A stretch of 64,000 nt of DNA, from positions 88,280 through 152,279 of the forward strand of contig JAZSRC010000016.1 in assembly GCA_045538305.1 (NCBI GenBank), given 5' to 3'. This DNA is from Clostridia bacterium (lineage in GTDB: Bacteria; Bacillota; Clostridia; Christensenellales; Aristaeellaceae). Positions 1 to 9,831 of this stretch are shown piece after piece; positions within the stretch are counted from its first letter, which is position 1; every line of letters begins with the position of its first letter. Under the pieces are notes generated by a model. It was not told the DNA's origin. It searched no databases and saw only the letters and a list, made by a program, of their open reading frames with translations. Both the position numbers and the translations under genes were made by a program.

Positions 1-10
1 TACGCCCAAC

Positions 11-370
11 ATGGTCGAGCGCGCAAATATCCTTCCGCCCAGAAGCTCCATGAGCGCCGCCGAACTTATGGACATCCGCATGTTTATCCGTTCCGATGCG
101 CTGAAGGCAAAATACGCCGAAGCCGAAGACCGCGAATCCGCCTTTGAGGACCTGAAAGAGCTGCGCGAAGCGGAAGAAGCCGCCAAGCAGCAGGCATTGG
201 AAGCGGAAGCCAAACGCAAGGAAGAGGAAGCTCTTAAAAAGCAAAATGCAAAAACGCAAAGCAGAGGCAAAACGCTGCTTGACAAAACCATTAATTCCGC
301 CGCAAGCAGCATCGGAAGAGAAGTCGGCAGAAAAATCGTGCGCGGCCTGCTCGGAAATTTCTTTAAATAA
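11..370 (+). CDS. hypothetical Lys/Glu-rich protein, possibly the C-terminal part of a longer ORF that runs off the window start (frame is open back to nt 2)
   Basis: Open frame with charged, coiled-coil-like composition (EAEEAAKQQALEAEAKRKEEEALKK) and a basic C-terminus. No family recognised. Confidence 0.35.
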   Translation: MVERANILPPRSSMSAAELMDIRMFIRSDALKAKYAEAEDRESAFEDLKELREAEEAAKQQALEAEAKRKEEEALKKQNAKTQSRGKTLLDKTINSAASSIGREVGRKIVRGLLGNFFK

Positions 371-384
371 TCAGTCCCCGGACG

Positions 385-428
385 CCTGAAAAAGCCCCAT
401 GCCATCCATTTACCGGATGCATGGGGCT
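385..428 (-). terminator. 14-bp hairpin (AGCCCCATGC..GCATGGGGCT plus inner ATCC/GGAT) followed by a U-tract on the minus strand
   Basis: Perfect inverted repeat 393-428. The A-run 388-392 on the plus strand gives UUUUUC after the stem on the minus strand. Confidence 0.4.
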
Positions 429-458
429 CAGATCATCAACAAACCTCAGGGAGAAGCT

Positions 459-491
459 TGGAGAGGGAGCGCACTCCCTCTCCTTTTTTCA
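459..491 (+). terminator. intrinsic terminator, GGAGAGGGAGC/GCACTCCCTCTCC stem plus TTTTTT
   Basis: GC-rich stem 460-484 followed by T6 at 485-490. Confidence 0.5.
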
Positions 492-684
492 TCGATTTCG
501 GCGGCGTGTACGGCGAAATCGTGCGTTTTTCCAAAGCGAAGCGACGAAACACGCTTCCCCTTCCGATTTCCGCCCGGAAATCCCGCAGGATTTCAGGAGA
601 TCGGCCCCTCCCATCAAAAAAGGGACTTTTTTGATGGCCTGAAGCGCATCCGAACGTAATGGTTCAGATGCGCTTTCATTTTGT

Positions 685-1341
685 TTATTCTTCCCGCGTA
701 GGACCGTCCTCAAATGTAATACCCTCGGGTACATCGATTTCGGCCATAACCTCCTCGGCAGGATGGAGTATGGATTCAATTCTGTCGAGCAGCCTGTCCT
801 TTCCTGTTCCATCCTCAGACGAATAAGCGATTATCTGCCAGGGCTGAACGGCAAGCGATCTGCAGATAACCGGAATGCTCCGCCCTCTTGCGGCTTTACT
901 GAGTTTATCCGCCTTGGTGGCTACAACGGAAAACGGCATATGATAATGGCGCAGATATTCAGCCATCATTATATCATCCTTCGTTGGCTCGTGCCGGATG
1001 TCTACCAACAGAAACACATGCTTAAGTTCGCCGGAACCCGATAGGTAGCCTTCAATCATACTAGCCCATTTCGCCTTTTCAGAGCCCGGCGCCTTCGCAA
1101 AGCCATAGCCGGGAAGATCCGTCAGAAAGAACTCATCATTTATGCGATAGATATTCACCATACGCGTCTTGCCCGGCTCGGACGAGGTGCGCGCAAGCTT
1201 ATTGTTTGAGCACAGCGAATTGATCATGGAGGATTTCCCGACGTTTGATTTTCCCGCAAGGGCAATCTCCGGCATTCCCTGTCCGGGAAAATCCCGCAGG
1301 CGCTCCAGAGAAACAACAAACGATGCGCGTACAATCCGCAT
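685..1341 (-). CDS. engB: ribosome biogenesis GTP-binding protein YihA/YsxC (EngB)
   Basis: G1 motif GKSNVGKSS, G3 DLPGYG and TKADK G4 in the translation. It sits directly downstream of lon, as in the Bacillus lonA-ysxC arrangement. Confidence 0.9.
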   Translation of the reverse strand: MRIVRASFVVSLERLRDFPGQGMPEIALAGKSNVGKSSMINSLCSNNKLARTSSEPGKTRMVNIYRINDEFFLTDLPGYGFAKAPGSEKAKWASMIEGYLSGSGELKHVFLLVDIRHEPTKDDIMMAEYLRHYHMPFSVVATKADKLSKAARGRSIPVICRSLAVQPWQIIAYSSEDGTGKDRLLDRIESILHPAEEVMAEIDVPEGITFEDGPTREE

Positions 1342-1343
1342 TC

Positions 1344-3716
1344 TTACACAACCGCCTTTACTGCCTTCGTCTTATTTTCGCCAATAACAACATTCATCGC
1401 GTCCTTGGCGCTTTTGATTACGCTGATCTGCATTTGGCTCTTGACGTCGTCCGGTATGCTTTCAAGGTCCTTCTCGTTTTCCACGGGCAGAAGCACCGTG
1501 CGAATTCCGGCGCGGTATGCCGCCAGCAGCTTTTCCTTCACGCCGCCGATCGGAAGCGCTTTTCCCCTCAAAGAGATCTCGCCTGTCATAGCAACGTCCT
1601 GTCGGGCCTTCAGGCCGGTCACGGCGCTGTACATGGCGCAAGCCATAGCAATGCCAGCCGAAGGGCCGTCCTTCGGGGTTGCACCCTCAGGCACGTGTAC
1701 ATGAATGTCATGCTTTTTACGGTAATCCTCCGTAATCCCGGCGGAATCCATGTTCGCGCGCACGTAGCTCCACGCAATCTTGGCCGATTCCTTCATTACA
1801 TCGCCTAAAGAGCCTGTAAGCTGCAAATTGCCGTCGCCCGGCAGTACCTGAACCTCCACCGGCATCACTTCGCCGCCGGCGCTCGTCCACGCAAGGCCGT
1901 TAATGACGCCGACTTCCATTTCCGTTTCGGTTTTCACATGGCTAAAGCGCGCCGCTCCAAGGTAATGGGGCACCAAATCAGGGCGCACGGTAACAAGCTT
2001 TCTGTCCTCTTCCGAAGCCTCCAGCCGCTCGACAACCGCCTTGCGGCAAATTGCGCCCAGCTTTCTTTCCAGCGTGCGAACGCCTGCTTCCCTCGTATAG
2101 CCGTCGATAACGTTCTTAATCGCCGCGTCCGTAATCCTGAGCATCTTGCCGTTTAAGCCGTTTTCATTCAGCTGTTTTTTCCACAGATGGCGTTTGGCAA
2201 TCTGCACCTTTTCCTCCAGCGTATAGCTCGGAACCTCGATAATCTCCATACGGTCGTACAGCGGGCGCGGGATGGCATCGGCGCTGTTGGCAGTGGTGAT
2301 GAAAAATACACCCGACAGATCAAACGGTGCCTCCAGATAGTGATCGCGGTAAGCGCTGTTCTGCTCGGGATCGAGCACCTCCAGCATTGCCGCAGCGGGA
2401 TCGCCCCGCATATCAGAGGCCATTTTATCGATCTCGTCAAACAGGAACACGGGATTCATGCTGCCCGCCTGCTTGATGGCCGAAATGACACGGCCCGGCA
2501 TGGCTGCCACATAGGTGCGCCTGTGTCCGCGGATTTCCGCCTCGTCATGTACGCCGCCCAAGGAAACCTGGCAGAATCTGCGCTTAAGCGCGCGGGCAAT
2601 TGACCGGGCAATAGACGTTTTTCCAACGCCCGGAGCGCCAACCAGGCACAGTATCGGGCCCTTCGCGTTCTTTTTAATGCTGCGAACGGCGAGGAATTCC
2701 ATTATGCGTTTCTTAACCTCTTCCAGCCCATAATGATCGGCCTCCAAAACCGAACGGGCGCGGGCAAGGTTGAACTCGTCATCGTCATATTTCCCCCAGG
2801 GAAGCTCCAGCATGTATTCAATATAGCTTTGCAATACACCGCTTTCCGGAGTGTTTGCGCCAATTCTGGACAGGCGCTTGATTTCCTTTTCCGTACGTTC
2901 TCTGGCTTCGCCGGACATGGGCAATTCGGCAATTTTCTGTTCGTACATCTGTACGTCCTCGTCGGTTTCGCCCAGTTCCTCCTCGATCACGCGCATCTGT
3001 TCGCGCAGGTAATAATCGCGATTATTTCGCTCAATGCGCTCGTGTACGCGCCGGCCAATATCCTTTTCCAGCATGCAGATGTCAACGTCATCCGCCAGAA
3101 TACCGGATACGATTTCAAGCCTTGTATAAACGTCCACGCATTCAAGCACGGACTGTTTGTCCTTGATATCATGAAATACGCCGGATGCAAGCAGATCCGC
3201 CAGCCGGTTGGGATCGCTTTCCCCTTCAACTGCCTGTTTAAGATCATTGCTGAAATCATTTCTCAGCGCCGACAGTTTTTCAAACATACGCTTGAGCACG
3301 CGCACATAGGCGCGCAGCTCGTTTGTAATGATCGTCTTTTTTTCATCCAGGGCGAATATTTCGGCCGTAGCCATGGACCCTTCGTCAAACATGCCAACCA
3401 GCGCCGCGCGGGATTTTCCTTCCACCAGTACGCGAAGTATACCGTCCGGCATGCGCACGACCTGCTTAACATGAACGATCGTTCCGACGGTATATAGGTC
3501 TTCTATTTTGGGATCATCCTTCAAAGCGTTTCTCTGCGCGATCACAAACAGCTTACTGTCGCTTTCCAGTGCCGCGTTCAACGCCGCAACGGATTTTTCC
3601 CTGCCAACATCAAAATGCATTACCGCATCCGGATAAATAACCAGACCGCGCAGAGCCACCATGGGCAGGCGCAGCGATTTGTCCGGCTGATTACCTTCGT
3701 GTATCAAAAAAAGCAT
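1344..3716 (-). CDS. lon: ATP-dependent protease La (Lon)
   Basis: LON N-domain (LPMVALRGLVIYP), Walker A GPILCLVGAPGVGKTS, and a C-terminal protease domain with PKDGPSAG. Confidence 0.93.
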   Translation of the reverse strand: MLFLIHEGNQPDKSLRLPMVALRGLVIYPDAVMHFDVGREKSVAALNAALESDSKLFVIAQRNALKDDPKIEDLYTVGTIVHVKQVVRMPDGILRVLVEGKSRAALVGMFDEGSMATAEIFALDEKKTIITNELRAYVRVLKRMFEKLSALRNDFSNDLKQAVEGESDPNRLADLLASGVFHDIKDKQSVLECVDVYTRLEIVSGILADDVDICMLEKDIGRRVHERIERNNRDYYLREQMRVIEEELGETDEDVQMYEQKIAELPMSGEARERTEKEIKRLSRIGANTPESGVLQSYIEYMLELPWGKYDDDEFNLARARSVLEADHYGLEEVKKRIMEFLAVRSIKKNAKGPILCLVGAPGVGKTSIARSIARALKRRFCQVSLGGVHDEAEIRGHRRTYVAAMPGRVISAIKQAGSMNPVFLFDEIDKMASDMRGDPAAAMLEVLDPEQNSAYRDHYLEAPFDLSGVFFITTANSADAIPRPLYDRMEIIEVPSYTLEEKVQIAKRHLWKKQLNENGLNGKMLRITDAAIKNVIDGYTREAGVRTLERKLGAICRKAVVERLEASEEDRKLVTVRPDLVPHYLGAARFSHVKTETEMEVGVINGLAWTSAGGEVMPVEVQVLPGDGNLQLTGSLGDVMKESAKIAWSYVRANMDSAGITEDYRKKHDIHVHVPEGATPKDGPSAGIAMACAMYSAVTGLKARQDVAMTGEISLRGKALPIGGVKEKLLAAYRAGIRTVLLPVENEKDLESIPDDVKSQMQISVIKSAKDAMNVVIGENKTKAVKAVV

Positions 3717-3741
3717 CCTCCAGTTTTCATTCATAAAAGAG

Positions 3742-3770
3742 ATTATACCTGTCAATTGAAAAGGTGTCAA
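3742..3770 (-). promoter_or_regulatory. consensus sigma-A promoter for lon (TTGACA, 17 nt spacer, TATAAT)
   Basis: On the minus strand: TTGACA (plus 3765-3770), 17 nt spacer, TATAAT (plus 3742-3747). Confidence 0.55.
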
Positions 3771-3946
3771 GCGTTCCAAAGCATGCGGAAGCAATTGGCT
3801 GAGAAAACAAAAAAACGCAATGAGAACATATCATCCGCGCAGCCGGCTTATAGGTATCCAAACAACTAAAAAGCGCTTCCCGAAGCGAATCCGGCCCGTC
3901 CGGCGATCCGCATTTTGGGAAGCGCATGATTTCCTGACTATTTCGA

Positions 3947-4435
3947 TTACCAGTCTGCGACAATTACATAATTAGGAATGTATTCCACATTCCAATAAAC
4001 ATACCGCGACATGGAATAAGACGCCTGTACATCGCCCCAGCGCATGAAATAGACAGAGGAGAACTGCTCGGGGCTTTGCAGCTGGAACACCAGCGCGCCA
4101 ACAGCTTCGTCATCCGGCGCTTCAAAAGGTACCGCAATGTTCCATATCATGCCGTCAAACCATGCGACGGATACTTCCGTTTGCACGCTGCCACGATAAA
4201 TCTCCCGGCAATTGATGTCGATGTAGCTTTTCAGAGCCTGCGCTGTCATAACATGTGTAAGCGACAGCCTTTGAAGGGCCATACCGTATTCGCCGTAAGA
4301 AATTAGGCTTACGGCTTCCTTGGCGTTTCTGTACGCATTTTCATTAGGCGCCAACGGCGCTTCGGCATATGCGCCAAACGCAGAAACAATCGCAAGCGCC
4401 GCAAGAATCAATATGGACAGGATTCTTTTTTTCAT
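3947..4435 (-). CDS. hypothetical secreted protein (signal peptide MKKRILSILILAALAIVSAFGAYA)
   Basis: RBS GGGAG lies 8 nt before the ATG at 4435. N-terminal signal peptide. A minus-strand terminator hairpin GCGCTTCCC..GGGAAGCGC plus T-run lies at 3872-3926. Confidence 0.55.
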   Translation of the reverse strand: MKKRILSILILAALAIVSAFGAYAEAPLAPNENAYRNAKEAVSLISYGEYGMALQRLSLTHVMTAQALKSYIDINCREIYRGSVQTEVSVAWFDGMIWNIAVPFEAPDDEAVGALVFQLQSPEQFSSVYFMRWGDVQASYSMSRYVYWNVEYIPNYVIVADW

Positions 4436-4519
4436 ATCATCACTCCCGAAAGGATAGGATTCCCGGTATTTTTTTGACGATCGCATACATAAAAAGGTTG
4501 CGCTTTAAATGTTAATTTT

Positions 4520-5533
4520 TCAAGAAAGCGAATGCAGCTTCAGAATCATTGCGTCCAGCGCCTCATCCTCGCGAACTCTGCCGCTTTTCACCAGATAGTC
4601 ATATTCCACGCTCATACGGTACCCCTCCTGAAACTCGGAGGCGGCCGTTTTTCCGGTCTGTTTGTACACACGCTTTACAATAAACTCCGCAAGCCCCGTA
4701 CGCTTTTCAATTTCGGGAAGCGACAGCTTTTCATCCTTCAGCATTTTTATATGGGTGAGCAAGCGAAGCTGTCTGGTAATCGCTGCGAGAATGCGGATAT
4801 GGCTTTCCCCGGCGTCCAGCATAGCGTTCAGTATTTCATACGCATGCTTCGCATTTTTCGCCATCAATTCGTCAATCATCATAAAGACGTTGGATTCAAC
4901 GCCGGGTGTTACAACCGCCTGAACATCGTGTTCATTGATCTCGCTTCTGTCGCCCACATACGCCGCAAGCTTGTCCGCTTCTCCCGAAAGCCGCGTCAGC
5001 TCATGCCCGGTCATAAAGATCAGCATCTGCGCCGCTTGGGACGTTATGGTCTTTTTATCCTTTTTCAGGCGGCTTTTCAGCCACTTTTCAATATCCACAT
5101 CCGGAAGATACGGAAACGGCACGACATTGGCGTGCTTTTCAAAAACCTTATACGCCTTCAAACGCTTATCCGGTTCGTCGCGCAGATAGAATACGGTTAT
5201 GCATTCGCTGGGTGTGTTCATAAGCCACGCCTCCAGCTTTTTCGTCTCCTCCTCGGCGTCCTTTGCCTTTGCTCCCACAAGCGGCGCCCATTCCTTCACA
5301 ATGACCAGCCTTTTATCACACATTACCGGCAGCGTTTCGGCGCTTTCAATAATCTCCTGCACGCCTGCGCCTTCAAGGATCGCCTCGTTCAGCGCCTCCA
5401 GCCCCGCAGGCAGGAACGCCTCTCTAAGCCTGTCTACAGCAGAGCGCTTGATAAACTCCTCCGGCCCGTAAAACAGATACACGCCCGAAGCCGTTCCATC
5501 CTTTATCGCATCAAACAGCTGCTTCCAAGTCAT
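4520..5533 (-). CDS. holA: DNA polymerase III delta subunit
   Basis: HolA N-domain signature (VYLFYGPEEF), about 337 aa, immediately downstream of comEC as in the Firmicute comE locus. Confidence 0.8.
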   Translation of the reverse strand: MTWKQLFDAIKDGTASGVYLFYGPEEFIKRSAVDRLREAFLPAGLEALNEAILEGAGVQEIIESAETLPVMCDKRLVIVKEWAPLVGAKAKDAEEETKKLEAWLMNTPSECITVFYLRDEPDKRLKAYKVFEKHANVVPFPYLPDVDIEKWLKSRLKKDKKTITSQAAQMLIFMTGHELTRLSGEADKLAAYVGDRSEINEHDVQAVVTPGVESNVFMMIDELMAKNAKHAYEILNAMLDAGESHIRILAAITRQLRLLTHIKMLKDEKLSLPEIEKRTGLAEFIVKRVYKQTGKTAASEFQEGYRMSVEYDYLVKSGRVREDEALDAMILKLHSLS

Positions 5534-5548
5534 AAGTCCAGTCTCCTC

Positions 5549-7900
5549 TCAGGGTAAAAACGTACTGATCTGCACATTCCCCATCCTGTCTACATCAATA
5601 GTTATCGCGCCGGATTCGTCCGTGCGGTATACCGCCGCCCCGGCTTCGGAAAGCCTTGACAACACATCCGGCGTGGGATGTCCGTAACCGTTCCCATCAA
5701 CGGAAATCACCGCAATTTCCGGAGTGGCGGCGCTTAGAAATTCTTTGGTTGTAGCATATTTTGAACCATGGTGTGCTACCTTCAATATATCGCAATCGGA
5801 TAAGAGCATTTTGTCATATTTATCGGTGATGTCGCCTGTAAACATCACGGATGTTTCATTATAGCAAATATTCAAAACCAGTGATCCGTCGTTGTCGCTT
5901 TTCGGCGTAAAGCCTTCCTCAGGCCACAGCACCTTGGCAAAGATTCCGTCGGCGAGGTCCACCTCATCGCCGCGGGACAAATATACGATATTGGCGTTCT
6001 GAAGCGCTTCCTGCAATTCATCCCGAACGTCCATCCGTTCCCAGCACTCCGGCAGATATACAAAAGCGTCTTCATAGCGCTCTAAAATCTCCACAGCCCC
6101 GCCAGCATGGTCGATATCCGGGTGAGACAGGAATATGCCCTGTACGTTCGCGCCGGACGCCGTAAGATAATCGGCGCAGATGTCATTATCTTTTCCGCAG
6201 TCAATCACATATGCACTTCCCTTTGCATCCACCACCGCGCTGTCGGCATATCCCGCTTCAAGGAACATTACTTGAAGACCATGATTGATATGAAGCGGCA
6301 TATACATGCCCAAAAGCGCAATAACCGGAAGCAGAACAAGGTATCTTATGCGAATCCTTCTAACCGGTTCATGATACGGCGAAACCAAAAACAGACAGAT
6401 AAAATAGGCGATCACGAAAAACAGAGGCCACTTACGGCTTGAAATCATCGCGAAAGGAAGCCCGGCAACAAAATGCGCCATCGCCCGGATTGCAGACCAT
6501 ATCGTTTCAGGCAAAAGCGCAATCAAACGCGCGCCGCCCTTCCAAATGGGATACAGAATCATGCTTAAAGCGCCGGCGTATATCGTCAGAAGTCCGAACG
6601 GTATGGCTATCATATTTACCGGTATCGAAAGAACCGGTACGGAATAAAACAGATTTGATAAAAGCGGCAGCGTGCCCATTTGTATGGCTGCGCCTGAAGC
6701 TGCCGATTCCAGCGCACGCGCGAAAACCTTTTTCATCCTCCGCCGATTTATGCATCTGCTCAGTAAATCCGAAATCAGCGCCAGCGACAGCACGGAAGCA
6801 TAGGACAATTGAAAGCCGGTATCCCGTATAATCAACGGATTGACCGCGGTCTGTATAAGAAACGCTGCCGCAATACGCGTAAGAAAATCGGACGGATATC
6901 CAAACATGCGCGACATGCAGAAAAACGCATACATGAGTACGGCGCGGATAATGGACGCGCTTGCGCCCGTCATCATGGCGTAAACAGCCAGAAGCAAGCA
7001 CGTCAGCACATACCTGGCACGCTTTGGCAGCATACACAGCATAAGGAGCGTTTCGATCAGAAGCGCAATAAGGCTTACATGCAGACCCGAAAGCGAGATC
7101 AGGTGCGCGATGCCGGAATCCTTAAAATCATCATACGTTTCATCCGACAAAGACGCTTTATCGCCAAGCAAAAGCGCACGCATGATATCCGCCTGTTCCG
7201 GATATATATCGTCAATCCATCCGCCGATTGTACGCCTTATGCCAAACAGTACGCTTTGAAGGGACACGTCTTCGCCGATAATATCCGTATCGGAAACAGC
7301 GCCCGATGCGCAAAGATCAATCCCCTTCATTCTCAGATACTGCCTGAAATCAAAGCCGTATGGATTGGTCTGACCCTCCGGCAGCCATAGATCTGCGTCG
7401 GTTACGGATATTGTCTGTCCATAGCGGAATATATTATCCTGATTATATCCGTACAGGTATACGTAGATTTTTCCCTTATAAGCCTGATCGTCAATCTGAT
7501 AATCCGAAAGCACCAAGGTGGTTCGGTTCTTCTCCGGCTGATAAGACGCCTCTCTCGAAACCGTGCCCGTCAAAACACCGCTGTCCGGAAATGATACAGA
7601 CTTCGGTCTGTTTCTAAAGGCTCCGTAACCCATGAACAAACAAGCGATAAAAAGAAAAACCAGCAGTCTGGAGAAGGTTCGTTTCCGGAAAAAGACCGCT
7701 GGCAAAAGAAACACAACGGAAGCCAGCAGCCAGCATACAGGCGGAACATCCAGCGCAAGCGCAATCAGAAGGCCTGAAAGCACAAAAACGGCAAGGGAAG
7801 CCAATCGTCTTATATGAAACTGCCGCTGTATTCTCTTATACAGAAATACGCATTCCTGCACGGGCAAGGATTGCTTTAGGATACTCAACAAGCGCTTCAT
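5549..7900 (-). CDS. comEC: DNA internalization competence protein ComEC/Rec2 with C-terminal metallo-beta-lactamase domain
   Basis: Multi-pass TM N-terminal region, competence domain (LISLSGLHVSLIAL), C-terminal MBL motif HPDIDHAGG. Confidence 0.88.
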   Translation of the reverse strand: MKRLLSILKQSLPVQECVFLYKRIQRQFHIRRLASLAVFVLSGLLIALALDVPPVCWLLASVVFLLPAVFFRKRTFSRLLVFLFIACLFMGYGAFRNRPKSVSFPDSGVLTGTVSREASYQPEKNRTTLVLSDYQIDDQAYKGKIYVYLYGYNQDNIFRYGQTISVTDADLWLPEGQTNPYGFDFRQYLRMKGIDLCASGAVSDTDIIGEDVSLQSVLFGIRRTIGGWIDDIYPEQADIMRALLLGDKASLSDETYDDFKDSGIAHLISLSGLHVSLIALLIETLLMLCMLPKRARYVLTCLLLAVYAMMTGASASIIRAVLMYAFFCMSRMFGYPSDFLTRIAAAFLIQTAVNPLIIRDTGFQLSYASVLSLALISDLLSRCINRRRMKKVFARALESAASGAAIQMGTLPLLSNLFYSVPVLSIPVNMIAIPFGLLTIYAGALSMILYPIWKGGARLIALLPETIWSAIRAMAHFVAGLPFAMISSRKWPLFFVIAYFICLFLVSPYHEPVRRIRIRYLVLLPVIALLGMYMPLHINHGLQVMFLEAGYADSAVVDAKGSAYVIDCGKDNDICADYLTASGANVQGIFLSHPDIDHAGGAVEILERYEDAFVYLPECWERMDVRDELQEALQNANIVYLSRGDEVDLADGIFAKVLWPEEGFTPKSDNDGSLVLNICYNETSVMFTGDITDKYDKMLLSDCDILKVAHHGSKYATTKEFLSAATPEIAVISVDGNGYGHPTPDVLSRLSEAGAAVYRTDESGAITIDVDRMGNVQISTFLP

Positions 7901-8546
7901 CGATCAACGCCTCCGGATCGTAAAGGGGAGAAAGATGCGTAAGCACCAGCTGCTTTGCAGACGCTTCCCGGGCAAGCCTGGCGCAAAGCCGGGCAGACAT
8001 ATGAGGCTTTATCTCCGTCCAATCACAGGATAAAAGCCCCGCGTCCGCCAGCAGCAGATCCGCTTGGCTGGCAAACAGCACAAGCTCATCCACCCAGTTG
8101 GTGTCGCCGGTATATACAAATGTTTGACCATCGCAGACAACGCGCAGGGCATACGATTCTACCGGGTGCTTACCGGGCATAAACTCCAGCTTCATTTCCT
8201 TAAGCTCCATATCGCGTACGGGATACAGGTCGAGCTTTCCGTCAGAAAGCATGTGGTACGCTTTTTTCGGATTCTCAGGACATACGGTTTTCACAGGTGC
8301 GCGGCCGGAAAAATCGATCAGATAGTTCATCGGCAGCATATCGCTCATGTGATCATAATGCAGGTGGGAAAGGACCACCGCATCCAAATCACGTATATCC
8401 ATTACCTGCGTCAGGCGGGAAAGTACGCCGCTTCCGCATTCAATCAGAAGATTCGTCTGACCGCTGTCTGATGAAAGCAAATAGCCGGAGCATGCGCCGC
8501 CTGCAGAGGGAAACGGTCCATTTACACCCAGTATGGTCAATATCAT
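7836..8546 (-). CDS. MBL-fold metallo-hydrolase
   Basis: HxHxDH motif (LSHLHYDHMSD). The 3' end overlaps the annotated comEC start by 65 nt. Confidence 0.75.
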   Translation of the reverse strand: MILTILGVNGPFPSAGGACSGYLLSSDSGQTNLLIECGSGVLSRLTQVMDIRDLDAVVLSHLHYDHMSDMLPMNYLIDFSGRAPVKTVCPENPKKAYHMLSDGKLDLYPVRDMELKEMKLEFMPGKHPVESYALRVVCDGQTFVYTGDTNWVDELVLFASQADLLLADAGLLSCDWTEIKPHMSARLCARLAREASAKQLVLTHLSPLYDPEALIDEALVEYPKAILARAGMRISV

Positions 8547-8695
8547 AAAAACGCCCCCGGAAAGAGATGTAAATTGAGTATAAAGCCAATCGGAAAGAAA
8601 GTCAAGGGTTCAAAAAATGCACGCCCGGCCATAGTATTTGGACAGGAAATGTGATAAAATGAACGCATACCACTGCATGATGAGGAGAAAAGAAT

Positions 8696-9799
8696 ATGCT
8701 CGACCGCCTGATACAGCATCGGCGCGCCCTTCACAGAATTCCGGAAACGGGATATGACCTTCCAAAGACCCAGGAATATGTGCTTTCCGCACTTTCCAAA
8801 ACGCGTGCCGAAGTTACGCCCCTGTTCCCCTCGGGTATAATCGCCTTTCTCGATTTCGGCGCGAAAGAATCCGTCGCCTTTCGCACGGATATGGATGCGC
8901 TTGAAATGGAAGAACAGAGCGGCGCCGCATTTTCATCCTGTCATTCAGGGAAAATGCATGCCTGCGGACACGACGGGCATATGGCCATATTGCTCACACT
9001 GATTGAAACGCTTTCGAACGAAACCAAAAAGGCAGATAAAAACGCCGTATTCGTATTTCAACCGGCAGAAGAAGCCGGAAACGGCGCAAAAATGGTTCTG
9101 GAAAGCAACTTCATACAAAAATACAGCGTTTCGGAAATATATGCGCTGCACGTAGAGCCAACGCTTCCAATCGGTTATGTTGCAGCAAAGCCGGGTGCGT
9201 TCATGGCACGCTCCTGCGAAGTTCACGTTATCGGGCACGGAAAGAGCGCACACATTGCCAAGGCATCGGAGGGCGTGGACGCACTGGAAATGTGCGCAAG
9301 GTTCTACCTGCGCGCAACCGATACCATCGAGGAAAAATACAAAGGCGAACCGCACCTTTTCAAGTTCGGGCGTTTTCTGTCAGGCACCGCCAACAATATT
9401 CTTTCCGCCCATACACAGATCGACGGCTCCCTTCGCGCGTTTGACGACAGTGTGTTTTTCAGCATGAAGGAAGACCTGCATCAATTGGCAAATGAACTCT
9501 CCGATGCATACGGCGGCAGGATTGAGGTATTGACCGACGAGGGCTATCCCCCTGTCATCAATTCTGACGCATGCTTTAACCGACTGAAAAACGCATGCAT
9601 GGATATGCCCTTTATCACGCTCACAAAGCCGTACATGACGGCGGAGGACTTTTCCTGCTATCTTCAGCAGGTACCCGGGCTTATGTTCAACATCGGCCTC
9701 GGAACCAATACGGAGCTGCACTCAAGCGCATTCCGGTTTGACGAACGGGCGTTGATTCCGGGCGTAACAGCCTTTTCAAACATTTTTCATTCCAAATAA
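8696..9799 (+). CDS. M20D family amidohydrolase (N-acyl-amino-acid amidohydrolase / hippurate hydrolase-like)
   Basis: M20 metal-binding motifs (HACGHDGH; E-rich site PAEEAGNGA) in a protein of about 367 aa. Confidence 0.8.
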   Translation: MLDRLIQHRRALHRIPETGYDLPKTQEYVLSALSKTRAEVTPLFPSGIIAFLDFGAKESVAFRTDMDALEMEEQSGAAFSSCHSGKMHACGHDGHMAILLTLIETLSNETKKADKNAVFVFQPAEEAGNGAKMVLESNFIQKYSVSEIYALHVEPTLPIGYVAAKPGAFMARSCEVHVIGHGKSAHIAKASEGVDALEMCARFYLRATDTIEEKYKGEPHLFKFGRFLSGTANNILSAHTQIDGSLRAFDDSVFFSMKEDLHQLANELSDAYGGRIEVLTDEGYPPVINSDACFNRLKNACMDMPFITLTKPYMTAEDFSCYLQQVPGLMFNIGLGTNTELHSSAFRFDERALIPGVTAFSNIFHSK

Positions 9800-9831
9800 A
9801 AATACCATACGATAACGGGAGGAGCATCGGT

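Noticed and set aside
399-659. 86-aa and 73-aa plus-strand ORFs in the structured intergenic region
   Set aside because: Neither has an RBS, their composition is Arg/Pro-rich as in GC-rich non-coding DNA, and they span two terminators.
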